Positions 58,512 to 64,000 of a stretch of 64,000 nt of DNA are shown piece after piece (the first letter of the stretch is position 1; each line of letters opens with the position of its first letter). The notes below the pieces were generated by a model. That model had not been told where the DNA came from and did no database searches. It worked only from the letters and a program-made list of their open reading frames with translations. The DNA lies in the sequence record OQ363659.1. One strand, given 5' to 3'. The position numbers and the translations under genes are program-made.

Positions 58512-59120
58512 CTATTCCAACCTGAACCCGAAACCTAGATCACTCAGATTTACTTTTTCCGGTGTCTCGGCTTCTTGTGTACTACCACTGTCTCGGTTAC
58601 CGTTTTTCCGAGGACTCTTGTTTCCCGTTTTTCCACCTTTACGTCCGGTGGCTTCGGCGGCTCTTCTTTGTTGGCGATTTCCACCTTCGGCTTTGGGGGC
58701 CTTGGTAGCTTTACTCGCTTTCGCTGGACTAGCTACCCTCCTTGACGACTTCTTGGTCGCCGGTTTGGGTATATCGTCGCTTACAGCGTCTTGTGGTTCA
58801 GGTTGTACAGGATTATCTGGCTCAGTATTTTTTCTCCTTTTATCCATTTCAGTATCAAGGTCGATTACCTTGAAGTCGATCTCGGATTGAACCGGTGGTT
58901 CTGCAACAACTGGCTCAACTACGGGTTCATCCGATAGTTGGACATCAGGTGTCGTTATATAACCATTCTCCTTGGTCTTGCGACGATCTATTTCGTTGAT
59001 GCGAACAGGACCGTCCACACCAGGGTAATAGTCGAAGCGGTGTTCCGCATTAACCATGGCTGAGAAATCACCATGGAAGTTGTTTTTGAGTACGTTATCA
59101 AACCGATCAAAAAAGTCCAT
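58512..59120 (-). CDS. Hypothetical protein with acidic then basic low-complexity tail
   Basis: GAGGA RBS; first gene after an early promoter. Confidence 0.7.
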   Translation of the reverse strand: MDFFDRFDNVLKNNFHGDFSAMVNAEHRFDYYPGVDGPVRINEIDRRKTKENGYITTPDVQLSDEPVVEPVVAEPPVQSEIDFKVIDLDTEMDKRRKNTEPDNPVQPEPQDAVSDDIPKPATKKSSRRVASPAKASKATKAPKAEGGNRQQRRAAEATGRKGGKTGNKSPRKNGNRDSGSTQEAETPEKVNLSDLGFGFRLE

Positions 59121-59161
59121 GACTAAATCCTCAGACAGGTCTTGTGGGTTACTGCCTAACA

Positions 59162-59181
59162 GTAATATAGATCTGAGATTT
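59162..59181 (-). promoter_or_regulatory. Early promoter AAATCTCAGATC-TATATTAC driving the nvRNAP beta operon
   Basis: Exact core just after the capsid terminator. Confidence 0.8.
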
Positions 59182-59208
59182 AATAGAGTCGGGTCGAGAC
59201 GCCATAAA

Positions 59209-59226
59209 GCCTACCCGAAGGTAGGC
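59209..59226 (-). terminator. Major capsid terminator
   Basis: GCCTACC-TTCG-GGTAGGC then TTTATGGC; lies 8 nt beyond the readthrough extension stop. Confidence 0.85.
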
Positions 59227-59233
59227 AGTATGA

Positions 59234-59320
59234 TTAAGCTTCTAGGTACCGTTGGGTAGTACCGTCTTCGAAGTACCGGATTGTACCGTCTTCGTATCGA
59301 CGGACTATTCCCGGATTCCT
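59234..59320 (-). other. In-frame C-terminal readthrough extension of major capsid (28 aa)
   Basis: After CCT TGA: RNPGIVRRYEDGTIRYFEDGTTQRYLEA-TAA; no start codon in frame. Confidence 0.7.
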
Positions 59321-61546
59321 TCAAGGTGCCTTAACAGCATCGATCAGTGGTTTGTTCCACTGCGATTTGCCCATCACTTCTTCCAGACCGGTGATGGTCA
59401 GGTTGATTGCGAACGGGATGTTGTTAACGTGCAGGTTGAACGGAACAGCTGCGATCTCACGAGTCACTTGCTGGCCACCACGAGTGATCGGCAGGTCGGC
59501 GATGACAGTCGACACGTAGAAGAACTGACCGAAGGACAGGATGTCGTTTTCGGTTGGGTTCTTACGAGTAGGAACGATCACCAGCTTACCATCGAACAGT
59601 TCGTTGTTGGTAGTTACCAGGTCGTACTCGAGGATTGCGCCCAGGGTACGGTCGTCGCCTTGAGTCATCAGGTAGTTACCGATTTCTTTGTCGGTAGCGA
59701 AGATGAACATTGGCTTCTCGTCTTGGTTGCCCGAGATCACACGGAACGCAGCTTCGATGTTCGATTCACGGTAGGCCGGGAACAGAATACCTTTAGCGAA
59801 GTTCAGGATGGTCGAGCAGACGTCTTGCCAGCGATCCTGAGACTTCAGGGTGTCGATGTGGTCTGGCAGGTGCAGCGAACCTTCACGGTAGGTCGGACGC
59901 ATCATGATGCTCAGGGCGCCTTCAACAGCACCGAACTTCGGACGGTCGTAACCATTACCAACAACTTCCTTCAGCTGAGCCAGGTAGTTCAGCAGACGTT
60001 TAACAGCGTTGTTGCTGTTACGGATGTTGGTGTTGACAGTCAGCGCCTTAACAACGTCGCCTGGACCTTGCTCATCCATGGTGGACATTGGCAGGGTAAC
60101 TGGGGCGTGCATTGGGATCGGGTGACGGAACTGGATCGCACGAGTTTGCAGCAGGTGACCACGCTGACGACGGTTGGTGTTGGTGAACTTCAGGTCGAGG
60201 TCGTAACCAACAACTTCCAGAGCACCGATAGCGTCTACCAGGGTTTTACCATCGCCGGATTCGATCGAGATCAGCTTACGGTCTTCGTCGACGATACGGT
60301 CGATTTCGATACCGGTAGCGCCGTAACGAGCGTCACCACGCGAGGTGGATACCGAACCGTTGAACGATACGCTGATACGAGCAGTCCACTTACGGTTAAC
60401 CAGCTCTTGCATCTGAGCCGAAACCGAACCGTCGATTGCTTTGGTGTCTTCGCCAACAACCAGGTCTTCAGAGATGAAGTCCAGTTTAGCCAGACGGGTG
60501 TCACCGATCAGACCAGGCTGGAACACAGCGGTAGGCAGACGGTCAACTACGAAGCGAATGATCTTACCGTCGAACTTGACGTACAGAGCTTTCAGGCGGC
60601 CGCTTGGGTCGATGGTGTCCGAAATGTCCAGCATGCCTTTGTTGATCAGCAGGTTGGCGTTCGAGTTACCCATCAGGTCGATCTTGACGTTCGGACGCAG
60701 AGGACCAGTAGTGATGGTCATGTTCTGTTCGTTGGTCACGGTGTGGTGCGGAACTACAGCCGGATCGGTGAAGAACTTCAGGTTGGTACCATCAGGATCT
60801 ACAGCAGGGATCAGGTCGGTGCAGTTGTCGTCCAGGATCGACGGATCACGGTAGGCTTCTACCATGTTGACTTCTTCGTTGGCCAGCTTCTGACCGGAGA
60901 CAGCGTGGTAAACGTCTTTCATTACAGCGATGTAAGGAAGGACCTGAACAACACCACCTTCTACCGGGTTAATAACGGTAGTTGGGTACAGACGTTCAGC
61001 GAACTCATCCTGACGGGAAGCTTCCAGGTTGTAGCCAACGGTGACTACGCGGAAGTCGCGCTGAGATTTTTCGTTGTAGTTTTCCAGACCCAGGTGGTCT
61101 TGGAAGACTTGCAGGGAACCAGCAGGACCAGCGAATTCGTGACGGACGTTGTGGACGTGCTCTTCGTTCGAGACGACTTCTTTAGCAACGGCACGCAGAG
61201 CTTTCTTGTAAGCTTCTGGGTCAGCACAGGCGATGGCAGCCATGGCAGCAGCGCGCTGTTGGTTCTCGGTGATGTAAGCCTTGCCCGACTTGTGGTCGAA
61301 GTGTTCGAAACCAAACTTCTTCATGGATTCGCCGATGGTGCTATACAGCTGACCAGCAGTGGCGCGACCGCTTTCGGTGATGTCACCGAAGTCTTCTTGG
61401 CTGACGAATTCTACCAGGCCTTTACCTTTGGCCAGGACGGAGTCGCCGTAGTTCTTTTCGAGATCCAGTGCACCGAGGAAGTCTTCCATCGAGAAGCGGG
61501 TGTATTGCTTCTGTGCATTATGTTTAAACAGTGAATCGAGATTCAT
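59321..61546 (-). CDS. Major capsid protein (phiKZ gp120-like)
   Basis: 741 aa, strongest codon bias; FSME, VSQE, LGLE propeptide sites; QDEFAERLYPT, TNTNRRQRG motifs; next to DnaB. Confidence 0.92.
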   Translation of the reverse strand: MNLDSLFKHNAQKQYTRFSMEDFLGALDLEKNYGDSVLAKGKGLVEFVSQEDFGDITESGRATAGQLYSTIGESMKKFGFEHFDHKSGKAYITENQQRAAAMAAIACADPEAYKKALRAVAKEVVSNEEHVHNVRHEFAGPAGSLQVFQDHLGLENYNEKSQRDFRVVTVGYNLEASRQDEFAERLYPTTVINPVEGGVVQVLPYIAVMKDVYHAVSGQKLANEEVNMVEAYRDPSILDDNCTDLIPAVDPDGTNLKFFTDPAVVPHHTVTNEQNMTITTGPLRPNVKIDLMGNSNANLLINKGMLDISDTIDPSGRLKALYVKFDGKIIRFVVDRLPTAVFQPGLIGDTRLAKLDFISEDLVVGEDTKAIDGSVSAQMQELVNRKWTARISVSFNGSVSTSRGDARYGATGIEIDRIVDEDRKLISIESGDGKTLVDAIGALEVVGYDLDLKFTNTNRRQRGHLLQTRAIQFRHPIPMHAPVTLPMSTMDEQGPGDVVKALTVNTNIRNSNNAVKRLLNYLAQLKEVVGNGYDRPKFGAVEGALSIMMRPTYREGSLHLPDHIDTLKSQDRWQDVCSTILNFAKGILFPAYRESNIEAAFRVISGNQDEKPMFIFATDKEIGNYLMTQGDDRTLGAILEYDLVTTNNELFDGKLVIVPTRKNPTENDILSFGQFFYVSTVIADLPITRGGQQVTREIAAVPFNLHVNNIPFAINLTITGLEEVMGKSQWNKPLIDAVKAP

Positions 61547-61604
61547 GATCTATTCCTTCGAAGGGATGAGTTTTTGGTGGTGTTACAAAAATCTAGGGAT
61601 GCAG

Positions 61605-62150
61605 TTACTTAGCCTGCAATGCCTCTAAATAATAAGTGAACAGATTTGTCGAAGCGACACTCTCGAAAGTGCGAGTTCGCATCAGTTCGCCGATCATACT
61701 ATCAAATAATGTACGATTGGCCTTGATGGAGAGTCGAGTAGGATCGCCATTACCCGTGTGCAAACTCTTTTGCACAGCAACCCAAAGATTCTCATCTACA
61801 GGATAAAGGCTGTATTCATAGCATTCGAGGCTAGGATGTAGGCCTTTAGTTAGTGCGTTGTTGGTAATACGTCCTTCTACACGATTGTACAAATCTTGCA
61901 TCTTAAGGTTCGTAACGCCTTCTGCACTGGCTAGTTGCATGAGTCCTGTAACCGGACTACCTGCTAATTCAACTTTTGTAGCAGGACAAAACTTGAATGG
62001 GAATTTATTGATGGCGTCATGGATTGCAGCGAAATCGCTAACAGACGCAACGCTTGCCATATAGTTGATGTCAAGCAATTTGGTTAGCTGAACGCCGTCA
62101 TTACGGAAATGATCCAGCATGTCGGCGGGTAGTACTAACAGTTTGACCAT
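61605..62150 (-). CDS. Head structural protein (phiKZ gp119-like)
   Basis: 181 aa upstream of the capsid gene, TATG motifs upstream. Confidence 0.7.
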   Translation of the reverse strand: MVKLLVLPADMLDHFRNDGVQLTKLLDINYMASVASVSDFAAIHDAINKFPFKFCPATKVELAGSPVTGLMQLASAEGVTNLKMQDLYNRVEGRITNNALTKGLHPSLECYEYSLYPVDENLWVAVQKSLHTGNGDPTRLSIKANRTLFDSMIGELMRTRTFESVASTNLFTYYLEALQAK

Positions 62151-62279
62151 TTGGAGGGCACCCCGTTGAATGTTGACATTTCATAGCCTTATACATAGGG
62201 ATATGTAATAAACTACCTGTGAAGTTAATACTACATGGCTCATTATTAAAAACATTCACTCTTCAGGAATATCGCTAAA

Positions 62280-63812
62280 ATGTCATCGCATAAACAACTA
62301 TTGGTTAGTTGCATCACTTTGCTCTGCCTGGAGCATCGCGAGGACTCCCCTGCATCGGCATCGACCGAGCTGATTTCTGACGTAATCGACACGATCCAAG
62401 TTAAAGAAACTTCGATCGATAGCGACCATGGACGTCAAACCTTTCTCGAACTCCGTCGTCTGGTAGTTGATCTCAACTGCAAGACTCCGACGGAGTTTCC
62501 TAGCATTATGCAAGTTTTGCAAAACGTGCAAGTTGCTGCTCGAGAAGAGTCTTACCTATTTGAAGCAGTTGCGACTGCGGTTAACGAAGTATTCCCTAAT
62601 GGCTTGTCCATTATGCAACGTATCAACGAGAAGCGTAACGTTCTGCGTGAGCATTTGAACGACACGAAGATCTCATCGATCATGAAAGAATACTCTCACA
62701 AGCTTTTGTTCAATCCAGTTGGTTCTACTAATAGCATCAGCTTGATTCGTGAAATGCAAGCTAAGCTCGATCCTTATGTTCAGGCTCGTGCAGAAGCTCG
62801 TCACCCAGCAGAGATTGGTACTGTTGACTTCGATGATCCAGAAGTCGTAGCGAAGTACTTCGAAGCTGTTAAAGAAACAATGTCTATTGAAGGCGCATTC
62901 AAGACTGGTTGGAAAGGTCTGAACCGAATGCTCGGTAAGCTGGGTGCACTGCGTCGAGGTGAGTTCATCCTCGGTGGTGGCTTACAGCACAACTTCAAAA
63001 CTGGTTTTGCTCTAACTGTGTTTGCTCACATCTGTTTGTTCAACAAGCCATTCATGCGTGATAAGAACAAGAAGCCTCTGTGCTTGTTCGTTACGCTTGA
63101 GAACGAACTGTCTGACAACTTGCTGATTCTGTACAAGTACCTCTGGGAAAACGAAACAGGTGAAGCTGTAGATGAAACGCTGATCGATCCTGTTGCAGCA
63201 ACGCAATACATTTCTGCTCGTTTGCAGGAATCTGGTTTCAAAGTTCTGATTACTCGTTTTGACCCGACTGAATTCACTATCTCTGGTTTCACTAACTGGC
63301 TGGATAGTCTGCAAGCTCAAGGTTACGAGATTCAGTATCTGTGTGTTGACTACTTAAACATGCTACCGAAGACTGGTCTGGATGCTAAAGTGGCTGGTGA
63401 TGACATTCGACTGCTGTTCCGTCGTATGCGTAACTACACTACACCACGTGGCATTACCTTCTTCTCTCCACATCAGCTTTCTTCTGACGCTCTGCAACTG
63501 ATGCGTGAGAACACCGAAGACTTCGTTAAGATTGTAGCTAACCGTGGTTACTACGATGGTTGCCGTCGTCTGGGTCAAGAACCTGACTTGGAACTGATCT
63601 TTCACATTGTGAAAGTAGCAGGCAAGTCTTACTTCACTATTCAACGTGGTAAACACCGGAACACAGTAACGCCAGAAGCTGACCAATACTGTGTACTTCC
63701 ATTTGCACCTGTGGGTACGATTCCATGGGACATCGACAAAGAAGTGGACTTCAGTCTGCGTCAGCTGCCAGGCATGTCTGGTGAAGCTGGTGATGAGGCT
63801 TGGTCTATTTAA
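62280..63812 (+). CDS. dnaB: DnaB-like replicative helicase (phiKZ gp118-like)
   Basis: TGWKGLNRMLG, GGLQHNFKTG P-loop, CVDYLNML, SPHQLS, QRGKHR. Confidence 0.92.
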   Translation: MSSHKQLLVSCITLLCLEHREDSPASASTELISDVIDTIQVKETSIDSDHGRQTFLELRRLVVDLNCKTPTEFPSIMQVLQNVQVAAREESYLFEAVATAVNEVFPNGLSIMQRINEKRNVLREHLNDTKISSIMKEYSHKLLFNPVGSTNSISLIREMQAKLDPYVQARAEARHPAEIGTVDFDDPEVVAKYFEAVKETMSIEGAFKTGWKGLNRMLGKLGALRRGEFILGGGLQHNFKTGFALTVFAHICLFNKPFMRDKNKKPLCLFVTLENELSDNLLILYKYLWENETGEAVDETLIDPVAATQYISARLQESGFKVLITRFDPTEFTISGFTNWLDSLQAQGYEIQYLCVDYLNMLPKTGLDAKVAGDDIRLLFRRMRNYTTPRGITFFSPHQLSSDALQLMRENTEDFVKIVANRGYYDGCRRLGQEPDLELIFHIVKVAGKSYFTIQRGKHRNTVTPEADQYCVLPFAPVGTIPWDIDKEVDFSLRQLPGMSGEAGDEAWSI

Positions 63813-63840
63813 AGAACCTTGGTGGTGGTTGCAGGAATGG

Positions 63841-63858
63841 TTCTCCCTTCGGGGAGAA
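63841..63858 (+). terminator. Intrinsic terminator
   Basis: TTCTCCC-TTCG-GGGAGAA then TTTATT. Confidence 0.8.
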
Positions 63859-63890
63859 TTTATTCCGCTACTGAATTCCTGGAGTACGGA

Positions 63891-64000
63891 ATGACAGATT
63901 TAGAATACTTGATCGATGCGATCAAGGAGAAAGTGCAGTACCACTCCATAGTTGGCGTTGGTCTGCGGTTACAAGTGTTGGTAGCTGCTCAAAATGAGAA
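63891..64000 (+). CDS. Hypothetical protein, partial
   Basis: GGAG RBS, MTDLEYLIDAIKEK..., open to window end. Confidence 0.55.
   Translation, partial: MTDLEYLIDAIKEKVQYHSIVGVGLRLQVLVAAQNE

Noticed and set aside
59252-61534. 760-aa plus-strand ORF opposite the capsid gene
   Set aside because: Antisense shadow of the highly biased capsid gene; no RBS or motif.
62280-63812. Possible intein or intron in DnaB, UvsX or RNAP genes
   Set aside because: The ORFs are continuous and of ordinary length, with no intein C/S...HN or homing-endonuclease motifs.
1-64000. tRNA genes, CRISPR arrays, general TGA reassignment
   Set aside because: No cloverleaf or spacer array was seen by eye. Many genes end cleanly at TGA with ATGA coupling or terminators, so TGA is a normal stop genome-wide.

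Overview
This is a 64-kb segment of a phiKZ-related (Chimalliviridae-type, nucleus-forming) jumbo phage genome of roughly 48% GC; a Pseudomonas-like host is inferred from the gene families. Gene order matches the phiKZ block from DnaB helicase and major capsid to the SbcC ATPase, in reverse orientation. It includes DnaB, major capsid, nvRNAP beta subunit, portal, baseplate and fibre genes, a lysis cassette, vRNAP beta C-terminal subunit, UvsX/RecA, RNase H, four internal-head paralogs, spike plus PAAR, and SbcC. phiKZ-type early (TATATTAC), middle (AAANNTAC) and late (TATG) promoter motifs and about 16 intrinsic terminators are visible. No tRNA, CRISPR array, intron, intein or mobile element was seen. 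The main discoveries are two apparent programmed recoding events on virion genes. (1) The major capsid TGA stop is followed in frame by a start-less 28-codon extension encoding an R-x-hydrophobic-E-D-G triple repeat, and the same repeat ends another structural protein in this window, which suggests stop-codon readthrough. (2) A lambda-type G_GGA_AAG slippery heptamer sits at the stop of an internal-head gene, so a -1 frameshift would fuse a ParB/Srx-like domain behind an S-N-E prohead-protease site. phiKZ gene equivalences come from recalled motifs and synteny, not from database searches.
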